A DNA stretch of 63,126 bases, the filler included, from an uncultured bacterium (GTDB lineage: Bacteria > Latescibacterota > UBA2968): the NCBI GenBank assembly GCA_964471275.1. It is 9 parts of 9 records of this genome, joined end to end, with 100 filler letters (N's around TTAATTAATTAA, not from the genome) between each part and the next. Parts side by side here need not be neighbours in the genome. Positions count along the whole stretch, not along the records: positions 49,534 to 56,283 come from CAYYGZ010000243.1; positions 56,384 to 63,126 come from CAYYGZ010000244.1; 7 more parts are not named here. One strand, given 5' to 3'. Both the position numbers and the translations under genes were made by a program. The notes under the pieces were generated by a model that had not been told where the DNA came from, made no database searches, and saw nothing but the letters and a program-made list of their open reading frames with translations. Positions 52,366-62,713 of this stretch are shown here, piece by piece. The stretch's first letter is position 1, and the number at the start of each line of letters is the position of its first letter.

Positions 52366-54318
52366 ATGGCCGGGTCGGCGAAAATGCGGTCGGTTAGCAG
52401 CGGGATCCCCGGGCGTGGGTTGTTTGTGGGGAGTCTGTGTGCCATCCTCGTGAATCTGGCGGCGCCGTATTCGGAGTGGATCGTACGGTCTACGCTGATG
52501 ACGACGAACTACTTTCCGTTGGGATTGGCTTTTACATTTCTGATCGTTGTCTGTGTGCTGAATCCGATACTCAAGTGGCTCCGCGCCGGAGCAGGTCTCT
52601 CGCAAGGCGACCTGGGTGTGATCTACATGATGATCCTCGCCGCTGTCTCGGTACCGACATACGGGATAACGGGGTACGTGATCTCGATTTCGGCTTCTGC
52701 GTTCTACTTCGCAAACCCGGAAAACGGCTGGGCAGACTTCCTGCATCAGCACATCCCTTCGTGGATCGTGCCAGCCCCGAGTCGGAAGACGGAGTGGTTC
52801 TTCGAGGGACTTCCGCCCGGTGCGTCCGTTCCTTGGGAAATCTGGATCGTTCCCCTTTTCTGGTGGGGCACGTTGATTATCGCTACGCTTGCTCTGAGTA
52901 CCAGCCTGATCGCGTTGTTCAGGTCGCAATGGATCGATCGTGAGCGGCTGAGCTTTCCGCTGGTCGATGTTCCCAACGCCATGATCGAGGGATCGCTGCC
53001 CGGTCGCAGGATGCCGGCGTTCTTGAGCGCGAAACTTTTCTGGTGGGGTTTTGGTACTTCGTTTCTGAAAGTCGCCTGGGAGATCCCGTCTTATTTCTAT
53101 CCACAATGGCCGCGTTTCGGTCGTATCCGGTTGCGAATCAATCGCGGGAAGATCTTCCCGGGTATTTCGTCCATCCTGACACTTCCACTCCTCGGCATCA
53201 GCTATTTTGTCAATACGGACGTGCTCTTGAGTGTCTGGGTTTTCAACCTGGTGAATGCCGCAGAGATCTCGGTGTTCAACCGGCTTGGGTTCACGATAGG
53301 TGCTTCCGAGATCTATTCGGTCAGCCCGCCATCTGTGGCGTGGCAGGGATTTGGTGCTTTCTCAGCACTAGTGTTTGGTGGAGTCTGGGTGGCACGGGAG
53401 CATCTCGGCCGTGTGTGGCGGAAGGCGTGGTCGGGTGATCCTGCGATTGACGACAGTCACGAAGTGATGTCGTATCGCGTCAGTGTCATCACTATCGTGG
53501 CTTCCATCTCCTTCGTCCTGTTGTGGCTCCATAACGCTGGGATCAGCTTCTTGGTTTCTCTGCTGCTGGTCTATGCGGTAATCACGCTTTACCTCGGGCT
53601 GACACGCATTGTTGTCGAAGGGGGTCTGGTCTTTGTACGGGGACCCCTTCTGCCGCAAGCCTTCGCGATGCACATTGTAGGACCTGGTTCACTGGGACCC
53701 CGGACCATGACCGGTCTGGCGCTGAGCTACGCCTGGGCGTGTGATCCGATCGCGAACTTCATGCCTTTTGGCGCGAACGCGATCCGTATTCACACAGACC
53801 GGAAACTTCCCCGTGGGACATTTCTGACCGCAATGGCACTCGGTCTGGGGATCAGTCTTTGCGTCTCGTTCTGGTTCAGCTTGAAGCTGGCGTATGCGGC
53901 AGGTGGCTACAACTTCGGTGAATGGATATTCAGCAGAGGCGGACAGGTGCCATTCGACACGATTGTGTCCAAGATCAAGGCAGGACAGGGCGTCCAGCCC
54001 TGGTACTATGCGTTCTTCCTAATAGGTATTCTGGCCACGACGCTGCTGACGTATCTGCGACATCGATTCCCTTGGTGGCGACTCCATCCGCTGGGTTTCT
54101 CGATCGCCTCCGTGGGGCAGGTGCAGTGGACGATGTTTACACTCTTCTCTGCCTGGCTGATCAAGATGATCCTGGTTCGGGTCGGCGGTTTGATGCTTTA
54201 CAACCGGGGCAAACCATTCTTCATTGGGCTGACGCTGGGACATTTCGCCGCAGCGGGTCTGTCGTTCTTTGTGGATGTGATCTGGTTTCTGGGAGACGGT
54301 CACAGTCACTATTTTTAG
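52366..54318 (+). CDS. DUF6785/DUF6784-type polytopic membrane protein, copy 2
   Basis: FANPENGW, FRSQWIDRERLSFPL, RIVVEGG, RHRFPWWRLHPLGF; clear paralogue of copy 1. Confidence 0.8.
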   Translation: MAGSAKMRSVSSGIPGRGLFVGSLCAILVNLAAPYSEWIVRSTLMTTNYFPLGLAFTFLIVVCVLNPILKWLRAGAGLSQGDLGVIYMMILAAVSVPTYGITGYVISISASAFYFANPENGWADFLHQHIPSWIVPAPSRKTEWFFEGLPPGASVPWEIWIVPLFWWGTLIIATLALSTSLIALFRSQWIDRERLSFPLVDVPNAMIEGSLPGRRMPAFLSAKLFWWGFGTSFLKVAWEIPSYFYPQWPRFGRIRLRINRGKIFPGISSILTLPLLGISYFVNTDVLLSVWVFNLVNAAEISVFNRLGFTIGASEIYSVSPPSVAWQGFGAFSALVFGGVWVAREHLGRVWRKAWSGDPAIDDSHEVMSYRVSVITIVASISFVLLWLHNAGISFLVSLLLVYAVITLYLGLTRIVVEGGLVFVRGPLLPQAFAMHIVGPGSLGPRTMTGLALSYAWACDPIANFMPFGANAIRIHTDRKLPRGTFLTAMALGLGISLCVSFWFSLKLAYAAGGYNFGEWIFSRGGQVPFDTIVSKIKAGQGVQPWYYAFFLIGILATTLLTYLRHRFPWWRLHPLGFSIASVGQVQWTMFTLFSAWLIKMILVRVGGLMLYNRGKPFFIGLTLGHFAAAGLSFFVDVIWFLGDGHSHYF

Positions 54319-54408
54319 GGGTAGCACCGTTTTTGACAGGGCCCTTCGGGAGAACAGACACACCGGGGCCTCGACCTTGGTCATCAAGCATCGTGGTGTG
54401 AGGAGCAA

Positions 54409-54786
54409 ATGAGCAAGCAATTCGTGATCGTGGGTGCAGCGTTTGGGTTTTTCGGGGTCGCACTTGGCGCATTCGGTGCGCACGCGCTGAAACAGCGACT
54501 CGAACCCGATCTTTTCGACATCTTCGAAGTCGGCGTTCGATATCACATGTATCACGCCCTTGCTATCATCGCTGTTGGGCTCGCGGCCGCCCAGTGGCCC
54601 GGCTCAATGATCCACGTGGCCGGCTGGCTGTTTGCTGTCGGTATCGCGATCTTCTCCGGCAGCCTGTATGTACTGGCCATAACGGGTACAAAGTGGTTTG
54701 GGGCGATTACGCCGATCGGAGGTATCGCATTCCTGGCCGGATGGTTGATGGTCGTCTATCACGTTTGGAAACTGAAGGTCCAGTAG
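54409..54786 (+). CDS. DUF423 (YgdD/TMEM256) family membrane protein
   Basis: GAFGAHAL, VRYHMYHALA, FSGSLY, GAITPIGG. Confidence 0.93.
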   Translation: MSKQFVIVGAAFGFFGVALGAFGAHALKQRLEPDLFDIFEVGVRYHMYHALAIIAVGLAAAQWPGSMIHVAGWLFAVGIAIFSGSLYVLAITGTKWFGAITPIGGIAFLAGWLMVVYHVWKLKVQ

Positions 54787-54849
54787 GGTCGATCTCCAGT
54801 CGGGCAGATACGCCACTTTGCGGTACGACAGTAACTACATAGATGTCAA

Positions 54850-55959
54850 ATGGCTACTCAGCTGAATGTCGGAATCGTCGGGGTCGTCGGACGCGGGAAG
54901 AGCTTTAGAACAGCCTTCGACGCACATCCGGTGACGCGTATCCACGCCGTGTGCGATGTGAACAAGGAGAAGCTCCCTGAGGCGGTGGAACTTCTGGGGG
55001 CGGTGCAAGCATACACCGACTACGGCGAAATGCTTGCGAAGGCTGACGTTGACGCGGTTGTCATCGGCACACCGATGTCCTTTCACGCGCCGATGGCGAT
55101 CCAGGCGCTGGACTGCGGCGTTCACGTGATGAGCGAGGTAACAGCAGCTGTCTCCGTCGCTGAGAGTAGGGAACTGGTAGCTGCGGCCAACCGATCCGAT
55201 GCGGTCTACATGATGGCCGAGAACTACACGTATCAACGATCGAACGTGCTTGTGAAGGAGCTGGTCCGGGAGGGGCTGTTCGGAGACGTCTACTACGGCG
55301 AAGGGGAGTATCTCCACGAGTTAAAGGCACTGAACGAGATCACGACCTGGCGAAGGAAGTGGCAGACCGGAATCGACGGTGTGACATACGGAACGCACAG
55401 CCTGGGCCCCGTCCTGCAGTGGATGCCGGGAGATCGTGTTGATCGCGTGTGTGGCGAGGGAAGTGGTCATCACTACAAGGACCCGCGCGGCGATGTGTAT
55501 GAGAATCAGGACACGTGTGTGATGCTCTGCAAGATGGCGAGCGGCGGACTCGTGAAGATTCGTGTCGACATGCTTTCCGAACGCCCACATTCCATATCGA
55601 ACTACAGTCTGCAAGGGACGAAGGGATCGTACGAATCGGCACGGAGCGGGGGAGAGCGGCCGAAGATCTGGCTGGAAGACGTATGTGAAGACAGGAACAG
55701 CTGGATCGATCTGATGGATTTGGAAGAGGAACACATGCCGGATCTCTGGCGCAATCCGACCGAAGCAGCCCGGAAGGCCGGTCACGGCGGCGGCGACTAC
55801 TTTGAGGTGATGGATTTTGTGAACACAATCGTGAACGGAAACCCCTGTCCGATCGGTATCCATGAAGCCATGGATATGACTCTGCCTGGGTTGATCAGCC
55901 AGGCTTCGATCACGCAGGATGGCGTGTGGCTCGCCGTACCCGACTCGAGGGCGTGGTAG
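54850..55959 (+). CDS. Gfo/Idh/MocA family oxidoreductase
   Basis: VGIVGVVGRG, IGTPMSFH, HVMSEVTA, YMMAENY, YGTHSLGP, GHGGGD. Confidence 0.92.
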   Translation: MATQLNVGIVGVVGRGKSFRTAFDAHPVTRIHAVCDVNKEKLPEAVELLGAVQAYTDYGEMLAKADVDAVVIGTPMSFHAPMAIQALDCGVHVMSEVTAAVSVAESRELVAAANRSDAVYMMAENYTYQRSNVLVKELVREGLFGDVYYGEGEYLHELKALNEITTWRRKWQTGIDGVTYGTHSLGPVLQWMPGDRVDRVCGEGSGHHYKDPRGDVYENQDTCVMLCKMASGGLVKIRVDMLSERPHSISNYSLQGTKGSYESARSGGERPKIWLEDVCEDRNSWIDLMDLEEEHMPDLWRNPTEAARKAGHGGGDYFEVMDFVNTIVNGNPCPIGIHEAMDMTLPGLISQASITQDGVWLAVPDSRAW

Positions 55960-56150
55960 TGGCGGTGAAAAGCTGGGTGGCTGTATAAATCCATAACGAG
56001 TGGCATGAAGCCCGTGAGTGCTCTGCTGCACGAATCACACAGACAGGTGAGCCTGACGGGCGAGCAGATGTCCCTGTTCGACGCAGATGAGGATTAGGAA
56101 GTGGTGATCGGTGCTTCAGGATGACCCCTGTTCTACCGAAAGGCGAAACG

Positions 56151-56283
56151 ATGGCGGCTCTATCAGCAAACTTTGATGTCGAGTATTTCGTGGGTGGATT
56201 TGGTGAGGGTCTCGACCATCCTGAGTGCATCGCGTGTGGGCCGGATCATCTCGCATACGCCGGAGGAGAAGCGGGGCAGGTTT
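56151..56283 (+). CDS. SMP-30/gluconolactonase family beta-propeller protein, N-terminal fragment
   Basis: GLDHPECIACGPD..AYAGGEAGQV; truncated at the contig end. Confidence 0.7.
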
Positions 56284-56385
56284 NNNNNNNNNNNNNNNNN
56301 NNNNNNNNNNNNNNNNNNNNNNNNNNNTTAATTAATTAANNNNNNNNNNNNNNNNNNNNNNNNNNNNNNNNNNNNNNNNNNNNAT

Positions 56386-58338
56386 GGAGGTGAAGGGAAA
56401 AAGCCCTGGCGACGTATCTCCAAGACGCTGGCCTTCTGGATCATCTTCCTGCTGGTGGCCATCTCCGCTTCCAAATTCCTCGGCAGCAACACCACAGACG
56501 ACGAAGTTGTGCTCAGCTACAAGGAATACAAGTCATTCCTGAGCGACGGAAAGATCGGCAGCGCGGTCATTATCGAGACCGAATTCCACGGCAAGCTGGT
56601 CGAGCCGGAATACACGACTGCCGACCGGGGCGTGCAGCGCTCCTACGATTCGTTCACCGTGAACCTCGGCGTAATCGATTCCGAGACCCGGATGGAGTGG
56701 GAGAAGTTCGGCGTCGACTTCCGATTCCAGCAGAAGCCCTTCAACTGGCTGAGCGTATTCTTCAATTTCCTTCCCTGGCTGCTCTTCATCGGTCTCTGGC
56801 TCTTCATTCTGCGACAGATGCAGGGCGGCCCCAAGGGCGCCTTCAGCTTCGGAAAAAGTCGTGCAAAGCTCGTCTCCGAAGATCACCCGAAGATCACGTT
56901 CGAGGATGTGGCGGGTGCGGACGAGGCAAAGCAGGAACTGCAGGAGATTATCGACTTTCTCCGTGACCCGAGAAAATTCCAACGGTTGGGTGGCAGGATC
57001 CCGAAGGGCGTTCTCCTGATCGGCCCTCCAGGCACTGGCAAGACATACATGGCGAAAGCGGTCGCAGGAGAGGCTGATGTACCGTTCTTCAGCATGAGCG
57101 GCTCGGACTTCGTCGAAATGTTCGTGGGCGTCGGCGCCTCCCGTGTCCGCGATCTGTTCGAGCAGGGCAAGACCCACGCCCCCTGCATTATCTTCATAGA
57201 CGAAATGGACGCCGTGGGACGTCACCGAGGCGCCGGTATCGGTGGCGGTCACGACGAGCGCGAGCAGACACTCAACCAGCTCCTAGTCGAGATGGACGGA
57301 TTCGAGTCTAAGGAGGGTGTCATTCTCATCGCGGCAACCAACCGTCCCGATGTCCTCGACCCCGCCCTGATGCGCCCCGGGCGCTTCGACCGCCAGGTCG
57401 TCGTCGACCTCCCCGACGTCAAGGGTCGCGAAGCCGTTCTCCGGGTTCACACCAAGAGCACGCCGCTGGCCAAAGACGTGAACCTCAAGATCCTGGCAAG
57501 GGGCACCCCCGGGCTCTCCCCCGCAGATCTCGAGAATATGGTGAACGAAGCCGCGCTTCTGGCCTCCCGTCACGATCGCTCACGTGTAACGATGATCGAC
57601 TTCGAGGATGCGAAGGACAAAGTGATGATGGGCGTGGAGCGCAAGAGCCTGGTCATCACCGATAAAGAGAAGAACCTGACTTCATACCACGAGATCGGTC
57701 ACGCGTTGATCGCCAAATTGATCCCGGAGAGTGACCCGGTCCATAAGGTCACCATCATCCCGCGTGGACGTGGCCTCGGACTCACGACATACCTGCCGAT
57801 CGATGAACGCCACACCTACCCGCAAAGCTATTGTCACGCCCGGTTGGCCTACACGCTCGGCGGTCGAATCGCTGAAGATATCGTGTTCGGCGAGATCACG
57901 ACGGGCGCGACAAATGATTATGCGCAGGCGACAGAGCTCGCCCGACGGATGGTCTGTGATTGGGGTATGAGCGAGAGACTGGGACCCCTGTCATACGGCC
58001 AGAAACAGGAGGAAATCTTCCTCGGGCGAGACTTGGCGCACCGGCGGGATTACAGCGACAAGACGGCCGAGGCGATTGATGAAGAGATCAAGCGGTTTAT
58101 CGTGGAAGCCGCAGCACGGGCAGAAGAGCTGCTCCGAGCGAACATGGACGTCATGCACCGGATGGCTGCGGCACTCCTCGAGTTCGAGGTCCTCGACGAC
58201 CCACAGCTCGATAGACTCATGAACGGTGAAACGCTTGAGCGACCGGTTGTCGAAGAGAACGGACGGGCCTCGACACCTGAAGAACCAGCCAGCGAAGAGG
58301 ACGATGACGATTCGGGCTCGAAAGAGCAGGACGTCTGA
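56386..58338 (+). CDS. ftsH: ATP-dependent zinc metalloprotease FtsH; start lies at or beyond the contig edge
   Basis: Two TM helices, [36 protein letters not shown]. Confidence 0.97.
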   Translation, partial: GGEGKKPWRRISKTLAFWIIFLLVAISASKFLGSNTTDDEVVLSYKEYKSFLSDGKIGSAVIIETEFHGKLVEPEYTTADRGVQRSYDSFTVNLGVIDSETRMEWEKFGVDFRFQQKPFNWLSVFFNFLPWLLFIGLWLFILRQMQGGPKGAFSFGKSRAKLVSEDHPKITFEDVAGADEAKQELQEIIDFLRDPRKFQRLGGRIPKGVLLIGPPGTGKTYMAKAVAGEADVPFFSMSGSDFVEMFVGVGASRVRDLFEQGKTHAPCIIFIDEMDAVGRHRGAGIGGGHDEREQTLNQLLVEMDGFESKEGVILIAATNRPDVLDPALMRPGRFDRQVVVDLPDVKGREAVLRVHTKSTPLAKDVNLKILARGTPGLSPADLENMVNEAALLASRHDRSRVTMIDFEDAKDKVMMGVERKSLVITDKEKNLTSYHEIGHALIAKLIPESDPVHKVTIIPRGRGLGLTTYLPIDERHTYPQSYCHARLAYTLGGRIAEDIVFGEITTGATNDYAQATELARRMVCDWGMSERLGPLSYGQKQEEIFLGRDLAHRRDYSDKTAEAIDEEIKRFIVEAAARAEELLRANMDVMHRMAAALLEFEVLDDPQLDRLMNGETLERPVVEENGRASTPEEPASEEDDDDSGSKEQDV

Positions 58339-58408
58339 CCGGCCATGACACGAGAATCGAGACATCAGGGCAGAGCCAAGCGGCTCTGCCCTCTTTCTTG
58401 ATCATGCT

Positions 58409-59290
58409 ATGAGCCACCATGCGACCTCATTCAGGATCGGTGCGAAATCCCTCGATCTGAATTCTCGAACACGGATCATGGGTGTTCTGAACGTGACGCC
58501 GGATTCGTTCTCGGATGGGGGGCGGTTCCTTTCGGAAAGCGATGCCCTTCGCCACGCAGAGACACTGGTAAGGGAAGGCACCGACATCATCGATATCGGT
58601 GGCGAGAGTTCCCGACCAGCGGGGCCCTATGGTGCGGGCGCGAAGTGTGTCTCGATCGAGGAAGAGACAAGACGAACAGCGCCGGTCATCGAGGCAGTCG
58701 CCCGGCGCTTTGATACACCCATATCTGTCGACACCGTCAAGTCGGAGGTCGCACGAGCCGCGATCGATGCCGGTGCCTCCGCAGTCAACGACATCAGCGG
58801 ACTCGACGGTGACCCGCGCATGCTGGAGGTCGTCGCCTCATCCGGAGTGTCCATCTTCATCATGCACATGCAGGGAACACCGGGCACGATGCAGCAGGCA
58901 CCCAGATACCGGAACCTTTTAAGGCAAATCTCTAGCTACCTGAAAACCGGCGCCGAACGTGCCCTCTCGGCAGGTGTAAGCCCGGACAGGATAGCGATCG
59001 ACCCAGGCCTCGGGTTCGGAAAATCATACGAGGACAACTACAAGATCATCGCGCATCTGGCTGATTTTCGTGATCTCGGCTATCCGATCCTGATCGGGCC
59101 CTCGCGGAAGACCTTTGTTGGAATCGATTTCAACCTGCCGCCCGACCAGCGAGAGGAAGGAAGTCTTGCAGCCTTCGCCATGTGTGCGATGGCTGGTGCA
59201 AACATCATACGCGTGCACGATGTACAGGCCGCACGCAGAGCGCTGTTTGTCGCGGACAACGTCCGAGCCCGAAGCATAACGGCCAAGTAA
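58409..59290 (+). CDS. folP: Dihydropteroate synthase
   Basis: MGVLNVTPDSFSDGG, DIGGESSRP, DPGLGFGK, SRK, IRVHDV; follows ftsH. Confidence 0.97.
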   Translation: MSHHATSFRIGAKSLDLNSRTRIMGVLNVTPDSFSDGGRFLSESDALRHAETLVREGTDIIDIGGESSRPAGPYGAGAKCVSIEEETRRTAPVIEAVARRFDTPISVDTVKSEVARAAIDAGASAVNDISGLDGDPRMLEVVASSGVSIFIMHMQGTPGTMQQAPRYRNLLRQISSYLKTGAERALSAGVSPDRIAIDPGLGFGKSYEDNYKIIAHLADFRDLGYPILIGPSRKTFVGIDFNLPPDQREEGSLAAFAMCAMAGANIIRVHDVQAARRALFVADNVRARSITAK

Positions 59291-59416
59291 CACAACCTAT
59301 TGAATATTCAGCACTTTCGCTTGAGAACGGCCTCCGGGATTGCCACCCTTGACAAACCCAGCAGGGGTGGATAGATTCACCATCAAGAGATCCTCATACG
59401 CCATCCTCAAAAGTCC

Positions 59417-59635
59417 ATGAATTCCGATTTTGCCAGAATCAAAGACGCCCAGGTTATTCACGACGGCGAGAAACAGGCCTTGATCGTCGAGTTCAACGAC
59501 GGCAAGGTCAGACAGTTCTCTGCCAAGGAGCTTTACGAGGCGACGGGATACCTGGGCCAGCCCCCGCCCGAGGCAAACTCGACGGGATCCCAGAGGCGAG
59601 CTGCAGAAATCCTCGCACACAAGCGACGGCGGTAG
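59417..59635 (+). CDS. Small hypothetical protein
   Basis: 72 aa, LIVEFNDGKVRQFSAKEL; preceded by a TTGACA-containing promoter-like region (59349); 5 nt upstream of the next gene. Confidence 0.6.
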   Translation: MNSDFARIKDAQVIHDGEKQALIVEFNDGKVRQFSAKELYEATGYLGQPPPEANSTGSQRRAAEILAHKRRR

Positions 59636-59640
59636 TCACC

Positions 59641-61314
59641 ATGATCCATCCCCTGGTTGAATCACTCTGCCGCGTATACACCATTGCCTGTCCGGCGTGC
59701 GGCACCGAGAATCCCTTTCCACGATATACACGCGATGTTTGCAGAGCTTCCTCGAGCGAGCTCGACGGGCATCCCCTTGAGGTCTCTTTCCGCGCCGAGG
59801 GCGAGTTTCCCGTTTGGGCGGGCCCCCTGACGTTCTTCTGGGGTTGTTGCTCCTCCTGCAATTTCTCCGGCCAAGTCGACGACGGCGACTTCCGCCAGTG
59901 GAAGAAGAAAAACACCACCAAGTATCTCAACGGATTCCACGAAGGTGCACTGGACGAAGTCAAGGCTCGTGGCATCCTCGGACACGGAACGCTCGGCCTC
60001 CTCAAGAAGGGCCACAGCGACTCCAACATGCTTCTCCGCCTGCTCAGCCAGTTCTATGCAGGAATCTTCACGGAAACCTTGAAGACAGGCCCGGTGGCTG
60101 GCACACTCGCGCGATCCTACCTCAGAGTCGCCTGGATCTATCGCGACCAGGAACGTCTTTACTCGGAATTCGATGCTGCCGTTGCCGACTCCCTTCTCCT
60201 GGAGATCAAGCCCACCTGGGACAAGGAGGTCCGACCCAACAGCAGCTACCCCATTGCGCCTTCGATCGCGACCAATGAGGTCGATGCCCTTCGCTTTGCG
60301 ACGGCTTTCTTCGAGTGGAACTTCCAGACCCTCTCCTCGGTGAGTGGAACTGAAGACGAGATGCGGCTGATGACTCTGATCGCCGAAATCGGCTACCGGA
60401 TCTACGAACTGACGGGCGACGACGACGACTTCCAGAAGGCACAAAGCGGCTTCAGTGGGACGATGCAGAAGTGTCTGAGCGTCGTGAACGATAAATCGAT
60501 CGTCGGTGGCGCCGTTAACCGAGCGAAAGACACGCTGGAGAAGGCGGGTGACCGGGGACGCGAACTGAGAACCCTCAAGGACAAGTATGACAAGAGCGGC
60601 CCACCGGAATCCGCCCCGCCGCCACCGCCGCCGGCCGCCAAGCCCAAAGCCAAAGCGGAAGAGCCCGCGGCGACTGACGAGACCGAACCTCCTTCGTCGG
60701 AACCAGCACCGGCGCCTACGCCCGCGTCTGCAAACGGTAGCTCCACCAACCTGCAAAAGAAGGTAGAACAGCTCGGCCAGGAGAACCGTCGATGGATGCG
60801 GCTTGCGGGAATGTCAGAACTGACCGGGTTACCAAACCGCGTCATGCTAGACAGGGTCCTGTTGCCAGGCCTCTTCAAATCCGTCTCCGCAAAGCGTCAG
60901 CCTCTGGGCTGCATCCTGATTTCACCAGAAGGGATGACCGACATCAACGGGAAGTACGGGCGTGAGTCGGGTGATCAGCTAATCAAAGAATTCACCGAGT
61001 GCCTGAAGGCCCTTGTCTGGAACGGCGAGCGACTGCTCCACCTGGAAAGCGTCAATTTCGCCCTGCTCTCCCCCAACCTCGCGGAACACCAACTACACAA
61101 ACGTGCAGACGGTCTGCACAAGGAACTGACCTCACATCGATTCACGCTCAATGGGAACGCACTCTCCATTGGCGTGAACATCGGCTTCTCGGCGATCCAG
61201 TCATACACGAGAACGCCAAAGAGCCTCCAGGAGGGCCTTTACAAGCGGTCCATCCAAGCCCTTGACAACGCGAAAACCAAGGGCAACCAGATCGAATACA
61301 TCCAGCAAAACTAG
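59641..61314 (+). CDS. DUF2225-like Zn-finger/helical protein fused via a Pro-rich linker to a degenerate GGDEF domain
   Basis: CPAC...CSSC, YLRVAWIYRD, LIAEIGYR; PPPPPP linker; SELTGLPNR, INGKYGRESGDQLI, HLESVNF in place of RxGGDEF, ALDNAKTKG. Confidence 0.8.
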   Translation: MIHPLVESLCRVYTIACPACGTENPFPRYTRDVCRASSSELDGHPLEVSFRAEGEFPVWAGPLTFFWGCCSSCNFSGQVDDGDFRQWKKKNTTKYLNGFHEGALDEVKARGILGHGTLGLLKKGHSDSNMLLRLLSQFYAGIFTETLKTGPVAGTLARSYLRVAWIYRDQERLYSEFDAAVADSLLLEIKPTWDKEVRPNSSYPIAPSIATNEVDALRFATAFFEWNFQTLSSVSGTEDEMRLMTLIAEIGYRIYELTGDDDDFQKAQSGFSGTMQKCLSVVNDKSIVGGAVNRAKDTLEKAGDRGRELRTLKDKYDKSGPPESAPPPPPPAAKPKAKAEEPAATDETEPPSSEPAPAPTPASANGSSTNLQKKVEQLGQENRRWMRLAGMSELTGLPNRVMLDRVLLPGLFKSVSAKRQPLGCILISPEGMTDINGKYGRESGDQLIKEFTECLKALVWNGERLLHLESVNFALLSPNLAEHQLHKRADGLHKELTSHRFTLNGNALSIGVNIGFSAIQSYTRTPKSLQEGLYKRSIQALDNAKTKGNQIEYIQQN

Positions 61315-61353
61315 CCGCCTCCCCCCAGTCTACAGGGACAGAACGGAGATTTT

Positions 61354-62400
61354 ATGTCGAAGCAGAAGGCCTACGCCTGGGCGGGTGTCGATATCGATGG
61401 CGCGAACAAAACCAAGGACAGACTCAAGCAGATTGTACGCACCACGTTTGGTCCCGAAGTTCTGACGGAGATCGGTGGATTCGGCGGTCTTTTCCAGCCG
61501 GCGTGGCGCGATCACGAGGACCCGGTTCTCGTGGCGAGTACCGATGGTGTCGGCACCAAACTCAAGATTGCCTTCATGACCGGCGTCCACAACACTGTGG
61601 GCGCCGACCTCGTATCACACTGCGCCAACGACATCCTCGTACAGGGCGCACGCCCCCTCTTCTTTCTCGACTACCTTGCGATGGGCAAGCACGACGGTGA
61701 CGTCGTTGAAGCCGTGATTCAGGGCGTTGCTGATGGATGTCGCGCCAGCGACTGCGCACTGTTGGGTGGTGAAATGGCCGAGATGCCTGACTTCTACGAT
61801 GCCGGCGAGTACGACCTTGCGGGAACGATCGTGGGAATGGTCGACAAACCCAGGATCGTCGATGGATCGCGTGCTCAGCCCGGTGACGTCATCATCGGCT
61901 TACCGGCAGCAGGACTCCACACCAATGGATACAGCCTGGCGAGGAAGCTTCTCTTTGAGACTGCCGGATACAAGGTTGACACCCACGTGGAGGCGCTCGG
62001 TGAGACCGTAGGTGAGGCCCTGCTTGCGCCGCACCGGTCCTACGTGAACGCTGTATCTGCGGTCGACGCGGTCGCCGACATCCGAGGGATGGCACATATC
62101 ACCGGTGGTGGCATGATCGACAACATCCCACGCTCCCTCCCCGATGCTCAGGGCGCTGTCGTATGCCGGGGCAGTTGGCCGGAACTCCCCATATTCGATG
62201 TCCTGTCCAGCATCGGTGAAGACATCGAGACCGCGGAGTTGTTCCAAGATTTCAACATGGGTATCGGCTACGTCCTGATCGTTCCCGAAGAGGAAGCCGA
62301 CGCCGCGCTGGCGGCGCTGAGCGAATCGGGTGAGTCTGCCTACGCGATCGGCGAGACGGTCATAGAAACTGATGTGCGCGTAGCCATTGAGCCCGTGTAA
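61354..62400 (+). CDS. purM: Phosphoribosylformylglycinamidine cyclo-ligase (AIR synthetase)
   Basis: AGVDID, GGFGGLF, STDGVGTK, PLFFLDY, GLHTNGYSL, HITGGG, FNMGIG. Confidence 0.97.
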   Translation: MSKQKAYAWAGVDIDGANKTKDRLKQIVRTTFGPEVLTEIGGFGGLFQPAWRDHEDPVLVASTDGVGTKLKIAFMTGVHNTVGADLVSHCANDILVQGARPLFFLDYLAMGKHDGDVVEAVIQGVADGCRASDCALLGGEMAEMPDFYDAGEYDLAGTIVGMVDKPRIVDGSRAQPGDVIIGLPAAGLHTNGYSLARKLLFETAGYKVDTHVEALGETVGEALLAPHRSYVNAVSAVDAVADIRGMAHITGGGMIDNIPRSLPDAQGAVVCRGSWPELPIFDVLSSIGEDIETAELFQDFNMGIGYVLIVPEEEADAALAALSESGESAYAIGETVIETDVRVAIEPV

Positions 62401-62599
62401 GCCGAGCCTTTTCGTGTTCTATCGATTCCTCCTACTGGCCCTGATCTGTTACCTGATCGCAAAAGCGATCAGAGTTGCCATCTACCGACGTTTCGTGAGT
62501 CGTCCCCTTGAGCAGGAGGAGCAACACCTCGGGGTCGATCCGGGACCCATCCGGGATGCGGAGTTCACCGAGGTCCGCGGTTCGAAAGAGACGAAGTAG
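62387..62599 (+). CDS. Small single-pass membrane protein
   Basis: FYRFLLLALICYLIAK TM segment and IRDAEFTEV tail; start probably at the GTG near 62414. Confidence 0.6.
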   Translation: MSPCKPSLFVFYRFLLLALICYLIAKAIRVAIYRRFVSRPLEQEEQHLGVDPGPIRDAEFTEVRGSKETK

Positions 62600-62713
62600 G
62601 GTCTGAGGCCATCGATCTGCCTGTCATCTGAAACGGCATAACTGTGAAGTCCGGGAGGACTCAGCATTGAGGATCAGAGAAGCCATTCCGATCACTGATA
62701 TTGAGATCGTCCG

